Assembly (NCBI GenBank): GCA_965655095.1
Contig: OZ296654.1
Coordinates: forward strand, 50,902,001-50,966,000
From: Haplodiscus bocki
Lineage: Eukaryota
Reading direction: 5' to 3'
Length of the DNA: 64,000 nt
Positions 1 to 12,550 of the stretch are shown here, one piece after another. The position numbers and the translations under genes were made by a program. Every line of letters starts with the position of its first letter. Positions within the stretch are counted from its first letter, which is position 1. A model generated the notes under the pieces. That model ran no database searches. It had not been told where the DNA came from and was given only the letters and a program-made list of their open reading frames with translations.

Positions 1-563
1 TTTGATGAATTGAAAAAAAACTTTTGCAAGTTTCAACTACCGATTCGCTCATCGGCACTGATAGTTGCCTTGAATTTTTTCACATGACTTTTCTGCTCCC
101 CAAGACTAGTATATCAAATGTTTAGTTGTACGTCTAGAACAAGCCTTCTAACAGGAGTTTACAAACCACGGCTTTTTCAGACAGACTTTCAGTTTTCCCG
201 TTTTTTAATAAGCGTTTAATTGCCACCAATTGGCTTTTGGGTTTCCCAAGCCAACACAATACAGTTTGATAGAGCTCAGATTTTAATCGTTTTCCAGTTT
301 TTGGACTCGCCCACAATTAAATAAAATTCGGATTGGAAAAGCAACGTTTTGATGTGAGTTTATGGAAGAGCGACTTTTTCAAAGGCGTTGTGACACTAGA
401 GTTTAATTGTTTTTCGATTATGCTTTTCGACTCAGCCAGACTTATTCTTGAAGCGGTTAGTTTGGTTGGGTTATTTTTTTTCAGGTTGGATTTTTCAGAA
501 TTTTTGGGTTTTGAACTTTGTCACTGTGCCATTTACTTGTTTTGCAGTATCGCTTTGGAATCG

Positions 564-1618
564 CGCACAGTTTTGCATCAAAATGTTAAACTGAGTTCGG
601 ATATCCAGAATTATTTATATGATGTGAGTTTGCTAAACCATGGTTTTTCAGAATGTCTCTTGCTTTTAGGCATTGTAAGATTACCATTCAAAAGTTGCCC
701 ATCGCGGTTTTTGGAATCGTTGTCTTTTATTTTTCCGGCCCATTTATAAATATGGAAAGAAAATCATCCGCTCAAGTCTGAAATTCAACGTTTTTTTTTG
801 CGTTTTGCCAATAGATATATATCCATTTTGACGTTAGTGTCCGGTTTCTAGTTTGAGAACTTTGCATCCGTAGAGTTCGACTGAGATAATCAGATGTCTC
901 AAAGTACAAAATTCTTGTTTTTCAAAAAACGATAGTTTTTCTCTAAAACTTCTTTGATTGCAGTGAATGTAGAAGCGTTTTTCAATGAATGGTTGGCTAG
1001 CAAACAGGTATCAAAATTATTTAAGGTTACGTTTGCGGAACTGTCTAACCTTTGTAGAAAATTTGCAATATAAACGAATTTTGACGTTGGGTTCACTTAC
1101 TGTGTACTTAGTCAACAAAATTCAGTTTTGGTTGACTTGTTAACTTGAACTCTTTGACTTAGAATTGCAACAATTGCAAATGAGTCAAAATAGCATTAAA
1201 CCCCCCCCCCCCCGCTTATACTACTACTGGTTTGATCTTTATACGTTGTTACAGATAACTATCATTGGAATTTTTGCAGAAGGTTGCGAAATTGCCAATG
1301 TAGGGCACTATTAAACAACAGTACGTGTACAACGTAATGACGGAAACCTGTTTTTATCTATTTCTAGCTAAACAGAATGAGCATTTATCTCTGGAATTGG
1401 AATCAATTTGAATCATTTATCAAAGGTTAGTGTAGATTTGAACTTAAGTCCATACAAAATGCCAAAACTTTCCCTGTCCAGAAATTTATTTTTCCAAATC
1501 TCACTGTAATTATGCCTACTTTGAATGAAAAGCAAGGTTACAGCTCTCCCAATAACGATAGAACCCTCCACAAATGACGGCAAACACGAAACAAGGAAAA
1601 TAGATGTCATTTTGGGTG
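564..1618. repeat. Copy 1 of a ~1.05-kb local duplication (dispersed repeat ending TGTAGGGCACTATT plus ~300 bp of flank)
   Basis: Near-identical to 3694-4739 from CGCACAGTTTTGCATC to CATTTTGGGTG. Confidence 0.9.
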
Positions 1619-2093
1619 TCCGGTTTCTAGTTTGAGAACTTTGCATCCGTAGAGTTCGACTGAATTAATCAGATTTCTCAAAGTACAAAATTTTTGTTTT
1701 TCGTAAAACGATGGTTTTCCTCTCAAAACTTCTATGATTGCAGTGAATGTAGAAGCGTTTTTCAATGAATGGTTGGCTAGCAAACAGGTATCAAAATTAT
1801 TTAAGGTTACGTTTGCGGAACTGTCTAATCTTTGTAGAAAATTTGCAATATAAACGAATTTTGACGTTGGGTTCACTTACTGTGTACTTAGTCAACAAAA
1901 TTCAGTTTTGGTTGACTTTTTAACTTGAACTCTTTGACTTAGAATTGCAACAATTGCAAGGGAGTCAAAACAGCATTAACCCCCCCCCCCCCCGGCTTAT
2001 AGTACTACTTGTGTGTTCCGTATACGTTGTTACAGAGAACTACCACTGGAATTTTTGCGGAAGTTTGCGAATTTGCCAATGTAGGGCACTATT
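1616..2093. repeat. Partial third copy of the same repeat
   Basis: Matches 838-1313 (GTGTCCGGTTTCTAG ... poly-C ... TGTAGGGCACTATT); the ORF track shows the duplicated spurious ORF MNPTSKF. Confidence 0.9.
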
Positions 2094-3693
2094 TTTCGCA
2101 AAACCCAAGTTCAGCGGGAAAACGTCGAGACCTATTTCGACTGCACAGTAACTTGAAAAAGAGCTGCTTGTTCCAGTTCTTCCGATCAAGCATTTCTCCG
2201 ATCGGCGATACAATGTTGACTCAGAAACGAAAGATGATCGGTAACAACTTCCAGCCATCAAAACATGAAACCAGCACAATCTAGAAACGAAAATACGCAA
2301 TGCTGATTGCGAGAAAAATTGGGTTAGCGACTTTTGATAAAATTGAAGAAAGAAGGTTTCGATTTGATGAAATTTCGATCGGAGCTTCTGAAGAAGGAAT
2401 TCTGCAGTTTTTCAATTGCCATAACATTGTAATGTTTTCAGACAGACATCGATTGAATGAATCTTCATTCCAATAGTTTGATTCAATCGAAATTGCGTCT
2501 GTCGAGCGCTTGAAGAACTTTGCTCCCGCGTTTTCTCTAAATTCAAAGCTAGAGCCTCCACCTGATTTCGTAAAAGTCTTTCCTTGAATTTTAAACTGGA
2601 GCTTTGTGCAGACGCTTTTATGTTGGCTGAGCAATGTTGAGAAACAAACATGGCACAGTCCCAATCCTCCATCTAACCCATCTTGTGGGTTAACTTAGAA
2701 AAAATATGGCAGATGTTGCTTATATTAAAACTTGTATAGAGCAATCACAGTTTGCAATTTTGGTTCTTTGCTAAATTTTTTCAACGAATGAAGGCCGTGA
2801 ATATGAGAAGATGGCGTTGAAACGCAAGTAACTTTAACGTGCCTCGATCATTTTGACTGGAAGGCACTTTTTGTAGGCTCAAGCTTTTATGCTCAACTGT
2901 CCACTTAATTTGAGGCAACGGGATCATCTTGGACTAATAGCAAGAGAGTGGTTCAATCTCAGGAAAGCCTTTTAGATAGCTGGCATGAGATGATCCCTAA
3001 TGGCCAGAGATTTGGTTCTGTGGAGAAGTATATGCTCATATTGCTACTGCCTAGTTGTAAAACGGTCAGACATGATTCGAAAGTTACTGAAAAAGACAAG
3101 CAGTGTCTGCAATGAAAAACTCCAACTGTTCAGGCTTTATTTTACGCACTAATTTCAAACTGAACATTGGTTGATTTTCAAAAGGATGAATCAATGATGA
3201 GCAATGTGAAAAGGTATTAGAAGTTTTTTTGGGATTATATTGCGGGAGATGAAAAAATGGCCAGCTGCGTCACAGCGAATGCTAACCTTGCTTAGAACAC
3301 ATCTACCACAAACGAGTTTGTAGAGCAGAATTAGTCTGTGGAGGTTTCCATCTGGAAGACTGCCCTTTCTTCCCGTCAAGTTACTATGGTTGAGAGGTTG
3401 GCAAAGAGCGTTGCAAACTAAGCGTTGCGGGATCCTCTCGCTTCCTCGCCGAGAGTATGTATCGCCCTTTGTTGCCCTCTGGAGTCCACCCTTTTTTGAA
3501 AAGTTGAAGATCTTTTCAGTTTAGGTGCCTTTGCAGGTTTAATCACTGAACAAAATCAAGATGCCCTCTTCCCTAAGTATTGGAAGGCAGAAAACGGACG
3601 GGAAGTGTAGAGTGTTTTTTATATCAAGTGCGGCTTGAAATTTTGGCGGTTGAATTATACAAACAGAATTTTTACGCAAATCATCAATGTGTA

Positions 3694-4739
3694 CGCACAG
3701 TTTTGCATCAAAATGTTAAACCGAGTTCAGATATCCAGAATTATGTGAGTTTGCTAAACCATGATTTTTCAGAATGTTTTTTGGTTTTAGGCATTGTAAG
3801 ATTTCATTTCAAGTGTTGGCCATCTCGGTTTTTGGACTCGATGACTTGTTCTTTTTCCGGCCCATATATATATATGGAAAGAAAATCATCCGCTCAAGTC
3901 TGAAATTCAACGTTTTTTTTTTTGCGTTTTGCCCATAGATATATAGCCATTTTGACGTTAGTGTCCAGTTTCGAGTGTGAGAACTTTTCATCCGTAGAGT
4001 TCGACTGAATTAATCAGGTTTCTCAAAATACAAAATTTTTGTTTTTCGAGAAACGATGGTTTTTCTCTCAAAACTTCTATGATTGCAGTGAATGTAGAAG
4101 CGTTTTTCAATGAATGGATGGCTAGCAAACAGATATCAAAATTGTTTAAGGTTACGTTTGCGGAACTGTCCAATCTTTGTAGAAAATTTGCAATATCAAC
4201 GAATTTTGACGTTTGGTTTACTTATTGTGTACTTAGTCAACAAATTTCAGTTTTGTTTGAGTTTGTGGCTTGAACTCTTTGAATTAGAAGGGCAACATTT
4301 GCAAATGAGTCAAAAGAGCATTAACCCCCCCCCCGCTTATACTACTACTGGTGTGATCTGTATACGTTGTTACAGATAACTATCATTGGAATTTTTGCAG
4401 AAGGTTGCGAAATTGCCAATGTAGGGCACTATTAAACAACAGTACGTGTACAACGTAATGACGGAAACCAGTTTTTATCTATTTCTAGCTAAACAGAATG
4501 AGCATTTATCTCTGGAATTGGAATCAATTTAAATCAGTTATCAAAGCTTAGTGTAGATTTGAACTTAAGTCCATACAAAATGCCGAAACTTTCCCTGTCC
4601 AGAAATTTATTTTTCCAAATCTCACTGTAATTATGCCTACTTTGAATGAAAAGCAAGGTTGCAGCTCTCCCAATAACGATAGAACCCTCGACAAATGACG
4701 GCAAACATGAAACAAGGGAAATAGATGTCATTTTGGGTG
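3694..4739. repeat. Copy 2 of the ~1.05-kb local duplication
   Basis: Direct-orientation match to 564-1618. Confidence 0.9.
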
Positions 4740-6112
4740 CGGAATTACGTGAAGATGTAGTACTCAACGTGGAGCCCAAAGGTGGAAAAAGTTTCCGGAA
4801 AATTGAGTTGAGCGACGACTAGAGGGTGAAGCTGGAAAGTAGAGTTTTTCACGATGTTTTCATTGAAGCTGGTCATTAGGGCCACGTTCCTTGTGCATCG
4901 AAACCTGCCGATTTACCACCAAGAGGTCTTTTACTGAGTGAAATGGTTTCGTCCACTTAATGGTGAAATGGGCCTGCATGGCTGCACAAAACCTCAGGTG
5001 AATGGTCAACGATACCCGTAATTCTGGACTAGCCACCTGAAAGAGAAATTAGCAGTTGAAGACGATATGACCAGCAGCGCTGAAAGCTAATGTACAAATA
5101 TTACCGTGCATTTTACTTTAGTATTTTAGTAAAGAATCAAATCAGACCCTTAGACAGTTGTTTCGAGCTACGTCCTGTATGGACGATGTGATTCCTTCAC
5201 GAGCGCTTTATTTGGGACGAAGCAGCTCAAAGAATGAAGCATCACCTGACTAGAAGACCGTGAAAAAAAAAGATTTTATGTTTGTAGAATTTCTGAATTT
5301 ATGTCACTTATTGAGTCCATTATGAACTCAGGACCGCTTAATACGCTTTCAGCTGATCCAAATGACACGCAAACTCGCACGTCTGCCTGCTTTCTTATAG
5401 GTCAGCCTTTTAAGCCCCTACTCTTGCATACTGTTGCATGAGAAACCTCAGCTTTTCCCAAAGGAATGGAAGTTTTGTCCTCCGCAAAGTATGACTTTAT
5501 CGTTTTGGACAAAGTCGAAACGGGATTATTTAGTTGAACTACAGGTCCGAAAACGTTGACTCAGAGGTGGCGAAGCATCAGAACCTTGCGAAATGGTGTT
5601 GGTAGTTGAGAACAAGCAAGCCCCGCCCCCTTTGTTGGAAAGTTGACATGTACTCGAAGGCTTTTTGAAGGCAATGACAATGTTGACCGTGCATTGGAGT
5701 CATGGCAGAGGTGGGAGAAATTGTCATTGTTTAAGCTGCGTAAGTTGATTCCCGAAACTGTGGATGCATCGACATTCCGAAAGTATAACATTTATCTGTA
5801 TCATTTCTCGCTTGAGTTGAAGCTTCCTCTCAAATCGAGCTGTTTACAGAGACCATAAGCACACCCCACTTTCGATTTCTTTCCAAACGCAGACTTTTAG
5901 TACTTGATGGTTGAATGATTCATAATTACGGCGTATGGAGCCTTTGCGAGCCACGGTATTGGATAGTTTGCTGCGTCATTGTTTTATTCTCCAGTTCCTG
6001 ACTTGTTCTGGGATCCGTTTCCATAATAAACACGCAACCCTAAACTTAATTTTCAGCGGATCCCAATTTTTTTTGGTTTGTTACTTACCTGAAAATTTTT
6101 TGAAAGCGCACT

Positions 6113-6369
6113 CAGTCACAAAGAAGTTGTCTCAGGAGTTTAGTAGGACAGAAAGACGCAAATTAGGCGCGTTATCACGTCTTGACGACTTTCTTATGAA
6201 CCCACTAATTCAGGGCCACTCTGGAACCGCTCCGGAGACGTCCCGGAACGCATATGGCACAAACCAGGGAATGAATGAGGTTGACTCCCAGAGTGATTTT
6301 CATCCTGAAGCAGGTATCTTCCAGAGCCAGACGACACGAAACTCAGGCCCAGAAGATGGCCACGACAGC
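6113..6369 (+). pseudogene. Probable fragment of an LTR-retrotransposon gag-region ORF
   Basis: Short GC-richer island (VTKKLSQEFSRTERRKLGALSRLDDFLMNPLIQG...) recalled as resembling N-terminal gag regions of Ty3/gypsy-like elements; no diagnostic motif; not verified. Confidence 0.35.
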
Positions 6370-6991
6370 CTCTAAATCGTCTTCGTTTGCGAGATGTGAC
6401 CCTTTAAGGATTGCCAGTTTTTGGAATGTTTTTTTTTGGTTTTAGTTCCCGTTAAAAATGTAATGAAACATTTCTAAAAGATGGGACCGCATCAGCGCCA
6501 CTTTGTTGTGGTGCAGTTGAGCCACAGACCCAATGAAATGGGGGCCGATTTTTTGAAGGGTCCAAGTTAGTTCGAACGTAGTTTTCCAAGCTATCGCAGT
6601 CTTACTTTTTGAAACTTTGAAACTTTCAAGAATGAAAGGGTCGATTTGTAGTAGTATGATGAATGATAACAGACCAACTTAATGTCACAGGCTGCATGTC
6701 CGCATGCGTGTACGCTTTTTTACGTTGTTAAGCGTAGTTTTGCAAATCAAAATGGTTATAAAAATGATTGTCAAGCTTTGCTAAATGAATTTATATGCAG
6801 AAAATTGCTCACTGGTAAACATTCATTCAGTTGAGCCTGTCGGGACTGGTGTTTGCAGATTAGACGGTTCTGTTTCCTGTCTTCTCCAAAGAACTAAATT
6901 CTATTTAATATCTATTATGCGTATATTTTATTTCATTACTTGTCAAATTTATCTACTTTTCGTCAATTTGCTTCGAAGAATAAACCTTTTT

Positions 6992-7047
6992 TTTCTTCTT
7001 CTTCTTCTTCTTCTTCTTCTTCTTCTCTTCATCATCTTCTTCTTCCT
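6992..7047. repeat. (CTT)n microsatellite
   Basis: Directly visible trinucleotide run with a degenerate tail. Confidence 0.95.
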
Positions 7048-7577
7048 TTTCCAATTTTTCTTGTCAAGTAGTCTCTGGATTTCTTGGGTGGAATTTTGAG
7101 CTGACGGAGCAGCTAAAACCATCCTAATCTGTCTAATATTATAATATTGATTTCTCACGCAAACGATCAAAAATCCTGACAAATTCCTCTGATGGCAGGC
7201 ATGTATCTTGTAGGTTTCTTCATGTTCTACTTTGACTAGATGAAATCACCAATTTTCAAAATTATAAATGCTAAAGTGATCCTCCTATTACTGGACCTTT
7301 TGAAAACGTGTCAAAAAGTGTAATCAAATTGACTTCGGCTTTGTTTCATTCCTATTATCCAAAAGTTTACTGAAAAACTATCCGAATTTCTATTCAAGTT
7401 ATCCGCACTCTTGAAATTTTCCGAGCGTGCAAAAAGTACGGATAATCAATAATCTATTGTATTTTTTGTATATGAAACTAAGGGCTTCGGATTAGATACC
7501 AATGATGCGAGCGAAAGTTCAGTATTAAGCATATTTTCATGATTGTCTTTTGATCAATTTGTTTTTTTTTTGTTCAG

Positions 7578-9311
7578 ATTCATTTCACGGCTTTGTCGAT
7601 TGCTCTTCAACAGCAAGCATTGACAGCGGGAAGCGGCTCAGACAGTTTCCTAAATCATTCTTCAGTTTCCTCTATCAACAAAAACTCTGGCACACCCAGA
7701 ATGCCCCAGGATTCCTTTAGAGGAGGATTGGCAACTTCAGCGACAGGTACATGGGGTAGTAATGCTGCTGCTGGTAGTGGTAGTTACGGATACAATTGTT
7801 CTTCGGGGACAACAGGAAATCGCTTGCGTGCTTTTCACAACATGAGTTCCAAACACAGAAAGAGAAACAACGGGAACCAACATCAAGAGAAGGAGTCACC
7901 ATGCCTGCATTTTCATACCATTTCACGAGGGGGAATTCTGAGTGGCAGAAATGCGTGGGGTAAATGTTGCACCGATGTTGATAAGAAAAAGCCACTTGAA
8001 CAAGAAGTGTGTGCTGATGAAAAGAGGAAAGAGAGGAAATGGACGGCAGAGAATCTTATGGGTGATTCCATGTTTGGAAATCTGTTTTGGGAAGAAAATG
8101 GAAAAGAGTTGGCTGACACCAAAGAAAACACTGGGGGTGAAGATTGTTTCGTAGTGAAGGAAGAGGGTGAGAAAACAAAATCGAATGATTTGAAGGGGGT
8201 TGAATTGAGTCACTTGAATGTGCAAAAATTTCCTGAAAAAGATGGAAGTATTGTAAAGGAAGCAAAAGTAAAGCTTTCGCAGTTAAATGATCTTATGGTT
8301 GTGCCCGCTACGTCATCTGAGAGGGTTTTTGTGGCTGGAAATGGGTATTTTGATCAACATTGTTCTTTGAACTCGACTGCTGTGTCTCCCCTCATTGGTA
8401 CAATATCCCCTCTGGAATACCCGCTGAGCAATGTTTCTATTCCCCCGGCGGCCGCTGCATTGGGAGGAGTAGAAACAGGAAGTCAGATTTATTCTTTAAC
8501 TTCTGCTCACTTTTCAGCCGAGCAATTATTCCCTGTATCCGCCGCCGCCGATACTTCTTCTGAAGTAATATCCCCTCATTTTATGCCTCCCTCGGCAGCA
8601 AGTGCACTTGTTACACCATCACTTTCCCAGGAGTGTAACTGTACTATCGCGGTGTCCAATGTGTTTACTACCTCAGTCACCCCTACCTCTCCCATTGCTG
8701 ATCCACAGTTGTCCCCGTCACCAGTTTCTCCTTTCACCTACCCCTACAACTCTTATTGGCCCCCATCAACATATTTTGCCAACGACACAAAACTTCTGGC
8801 TGCGGCAACTGCACTTGATAACAACAACACATCTGGATATTTTGCCAATACCACCGACCTAATGGGAGTAGGAGGATCCACACTGCCTTTCTCTATTGCT
8901 TCTGCCTCGACGGCTGCTGCACAATCTACTCTGCTACCCCATGTACCGCTAGGAGGCGCTGCGCCTCTTTTACAAAGTGGGGCAAACAGTGACTTCTATG
9001 TTCTGATAAGAAACGTGCCTCTTTCGGCGCCCGACTCTTTACTCGCATCTTTACTCTCAACTCAAACAAATAACTTGAAAAGTTTTAATCGCAACAACAC
9101 TCAATGCAAACTCTTGTTCGCAACGGTTCAAGACGCTCTTCTCAGTGTACAACTTCTGCATGGCAAAAAGTTTTGTGGAAATTTTCTGGAAGCTACCATC
9201 GCATCAAGACCTTGCATGGCTGCTCTTACTAACACCACTCAAAACCCATTCGCAACAACTGCAAGTTATCCCGTTTTTGGTACGTACGGAGGAATCCCTT
9301 TCGTCGTCTGA
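7578..9311 (+). CDS. Long, probably terminal coding exon of a host gene: Ser/Pro/Ala-rich low-complexity protein with a C-terminal RRM-like domain
   Basis: Uninterrupted 577-codon frame in DNA otherwise full of stops. An in-frame polypyrimidine + CAG acceptor ends at 7577. The C-terminus FYVLIRNVP...CKLLFATVQDALLSVQLLHGKKFCGNFLEATIA has RRM spacing. No ATG at the ORF-track start (TTG). Confidence 0.8.
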   Translation: MHFTALSIALQQQALTAGSGSDSFLNHSSVSSINKNSGTPRMPQDSFRGGLATSATGTWGSNAAAGSGSYGYNCSSGTTGNRLRAFHNMSSKHRKRNNGNQHQEKESPCLHFHTISRGGILSGRNAWGKCCTDVDKKKPLEQEVCADEKRKERKWTAENLMGDSMFGNLFWEENGKELADTKENTGGEDCFVVKEEGEKTKSNDLKGVELSHLNVQKFPEKDGSIVKEAKVKLSQLNDLMVVPATSSERVFVAGNGYFDQHCSLNSTAVSPLIGTISPLEYPLSNVSIPPAAAALGGVETGSQIYSLTSAHFSAEQLFPVSAAADTSSEVISPHFMPPSAASALVTPSLSQECNCTIAVSNVFTTSVTPTSPIADPQLSPSPVSPFTYPYNSYWPPSTYFANDTKLLAAATALDNNNTSGYFANTTDLMGVGGSTLPFSIASASTAAAQSTLLPHVPLGGAAPLLQSGANSDFYVLIRNVPLSAPDSLLASLLSTQTNNLKSFNRNNTQCKLLFATVQDALLSVQLLHGKKFCGNFLEATIASRPCMAALTNTTQNPFATTASYPVFGTYGGIPFVV

Positions 9312-9908
9312 CGCGCAAAATATTGACTGAAAGTTACGCACAAGCAACCCCCATGAACAATCTTCAAGGTCATTTTTCATAAACGTCAACGAAAATTAAT
9401 GTTGAAATTTTCTAGATTAAAAATCATGATTTTTGTTTTCTGTTGTTGGTCATGTTGAACATGATTTTTGTTATTTTTCAACAATTCAAGTTTTGAATCC
9501 ATTCAGAATGCTTAAATATATTCCTTGCAGAGAATGAATGTGAGGACGCAGCGTTCCCATTATAAATAGTGAGTACTCGGTCATCCATCTTTTCGAAGAC
9601 TTGTTGGGATAATCGAATCAGAAAAAGACACTAAAATGAATTCTGAGTCTACGAACGTCTCTATTTACATCGTTCCGTACCGAAACTTGCTTTAACGTAA
9701 ATATTCTACTTGCGATTTCACAAAATCACGCAATTTTGAACTGAAATTTGACGTAGAAACGCTTGCGGTTTATTTTCTGTCGACAATTTTTTTTTCGAAA
9801 GGAAAATATTCAATTCAGTAGTCGGCGTTTTTTCCTTTTCCTGAAATTGCCCATGACGCACAGACCTTCTAGCAGAGACGTTAGTACCTTGACTAAAACA
9901 AATGTTTG

Positions 9909-9964
9909 GGCGTCACCGCGGTTTTGAAGCCAAAGGTAACGGGTTCAAATCCCGCTATCCGCCA
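9909..9964 (+). other. tRNA-like 3-prime half / possible tRNA-derived SINE head remnant
   Basis: B-box/T-arm CGGG-TTCAAAT-CCCG followed by TATCCGCCA; no 5-prime acceptor strand or D-arm found. Confidence 0.35.
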
Positions 9965-9975
9965 TATTTTTTACT

Positions 9976-10025
9976 TTGAATGGGTTTGAGTATCCAAAAA
10001 TTTTTGGATACTCAAACCCATTCAA
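9976..10025. repeat. Perfect 50-bp palindrome
   Basis: TTGAATGGGTTTGAGTATCCAAAAA|TTTTTGGATACTCAAACCCATTCAA. Confidence 0.97.
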
Positions 10026-10179
10026 TTTTTAATACCAAAAAACAGGGTTTTTCCGACAAAATTTAGGATTTCTTGATAAGTGGAGTGACAAAAATTTTGC
10101 TTTTCCAAAGAGGCCGATAAAAGTTACAAGTTTATAAATCGGTCAAAAAATTTATTCGAAAATGTAAAAGTTTGAACTT

Positions 10180-12550
10180 TTTTCCCCAGTTTTCGGGTAT
10201 AAGTTTTTCTCTCTACCCTAGGTTCTCCGGGGTGAGCAATTGCGATGTTACTTCAAAAAACTTCTATTGGAATGTGTCGCTCTGTGACCCCCAGATTGAG
10301 GGAATACCGAGAAGCGCAATTAGTGTTGAATTTCCTCTAGATTGCAACTCAGTTTTCTCCAAAAATGCAAGACTCAGTTCTTTCATTTAGGTATCAATCA
10401 GAAATATTCTACCTGTAAAAGAAATTTACTTTGAGAAATCGGTGGTTTGTGTCTTGCGTCACAATCCCATAGTGCGAAATTTCTGAAAAAAGCCATCATT
10501 ACACATATAAGTTGTTATTCAAACTGAAATTTCTCAGCAACTACACGTTTGAGTTCAACAATCAAAACTTCAAACGAAAGACCTAACGCCTGTGGAGGAG
10601 GAGATTCGATTGAAAAACCATTGTCATTAATTCTTGAATCAAATTCTTGACAGTCCAAAATTTCCAGCCAGTTGTAACGAAAAAGCATTCATCTCGTGTA
10701 TCGAAATGGTGTTTCTCCGTCCTTACAGTTTTGATTTCCTCCATGAGGGTCACAATTAGCAATGTTACACTTAGTGCGAAAAATTGGATTCAAATTTCAG
10801 TCATCTGGTTTTTGCATCAAAATCCGGACACTCCCAAAAATCGAAATTTTTCTAATAACCTTTGTTGATATTCAATCTCATAGTTCTCTGTAACTACAAG
10901 CCTCATTTCTTCCGCGAATTGCCAATTGAAAGCGCTACTCCTGTAGATGAGAGTTTCACAAAAAAAGTTTTGATAGTGATCCTTGCATAAAAAAATGGAT
11001 GGTCCAAAATTTCCTGAAAGTTGTTACGAAAAAGCATTCATCTCGATAATCGAATTACTGTTTCTCCGCACTTACAGTTTTGAATTCCTTCATGAGGGCC
11101 ATAGTCAGCAACGTTACATTCAGAGGAAAAAATTTGATTCAAATCTCAGTCATCTGGTTTTTTGAATCAAAATCTGGACACTCCCAAGAGTTTGTTCTGT
11201 TAACTTTTGTTGATAATAAATCTCAGCTCTCTGTAACTACAGGCCTAATTTTTCCGCTAAGGTCTCAATCGAACAGATAATCCTTTTGGAGGAGAATTAG
11301 TTGAAGAAGTTGTTTTTTTTTGATGTGTGAAATTAAAAGTGTGACAGTCCGGATTTTCCAAATTGGGCTATCAATTTTGATTCATCAGGAGATACAGATA
11401 CATTTTTTCTCCGTAACTACTAGTCTATTTTCTTCCATGCAATTTTAAATCGGCAGACTTTTAGCTGCAAAAACAATTTGGCTGTTAAAAGCAAACATTT
11501 GTTCTTTGTATTCGAATATTGTAGGTTAAGGAATGCAAGACAACTGTTAAGGATTTCGACATTTTCTTTGTTAACTCCAACTACTAGTTCTCCATAACCA
11601 CTGGTTTGACTTCTAGCTGCAAAATCTCAGTCTTTGTTGTTTTTTGGTAGACTACTCGATTTGATCATTATTGATTTCGTACTTTTTATCGCAATCCTGA
11701 TAGTCCGAGTGTGCCAAGAATATTCCCAATATTGAAAAATCTCGTTTATACTCATGTATCTCCATAACTACAGGCTTGATTCATTCCAACAAAGGTAGCA
11801 ATCAGAAAATCTCTAATTTGGGAGGAAACACAGGTTAAAAGACTATCAACCTTGATCTTGCGTTGAAATCTTGGAATTCAAAACGCCAGAAGTTCTTATA
11901 ATCCGATTGTCTTGACTCGACTCGATTTTCGAACTCGTTTTTCTTTGAAAATACTGCCCTGAGCTCTTCCTTCAATGTCTCAATCTTTACTTTTCTAGTT
12001 TTGCTGGATCCTTCCATCAAAAAATGTTATTTCTCATCTGTTCAACTGAATTCGGAGTGACTAGATTCGAGAGAAATTGGTGTTGGTCTTGACATGCTTC
12101 GAAAATCAACCTCATATTTCTTTGGCTCTACCTCCTTCAATTTTCCTTCATCGGGTTATTCGATATTTTTGTACTTGAAGCAGACTGTTCTTTCCTAGGA
12201 ATTGTGAAATTGGTCTTTTACGTCGGACTTGAATTTCTGGTTGACCAAATGTGGCAAAAATTTCATTAGTGTTGAAATATTTTGAAATTCCACCTCTACT
12301 TTCGCGAAAACAACTTTTTTGAATTCGTCTATCAGGGTCTGAATTGACGGTGACATCTTTTTGAATGTTTCTTAGATAAAATAATTTCTGACTGTGTCCC
12401 TTAGATTGGAATGCTGATAAACTGAACATGCAAAAATGCTCAATTAATATTGAATGTCGATATTCAAACTGATTATTCTCTAGAGCTATCGGCTTCAGTT
12501 CCTTCGACAAGATTTCCCTCGAGATGCTTTTGGTCAGGTTTAACCTATGT
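10180..12550. repeat. Degenerate ~175-bp tandem satellite
   Basis: A CTCYRTAACTAC-like anchor recurs at 10357, 10533, 10715, 10886, 11064, 11229, 11409, 11590 and 11760 (spacing 165-182), with weaker copies to about 12480. Confidence 0.75.

Noticed and set aside
333-4779. Repeated short ORFs (MNPTSKF..., MTSIFLV...) as a gene family
   Set aside because: They recur only because the underlying non-coding repeat is duplicated; frames break differently in each copy
6785-7182. Poly-Leu and poly-Arg ORFs
   Set aside because: Artefacts of the (CTT)n microsatellite
9909-9964. Functional tRNA gene
   Set aside because: No 5-prime acceptor strand, D-arm or A-box
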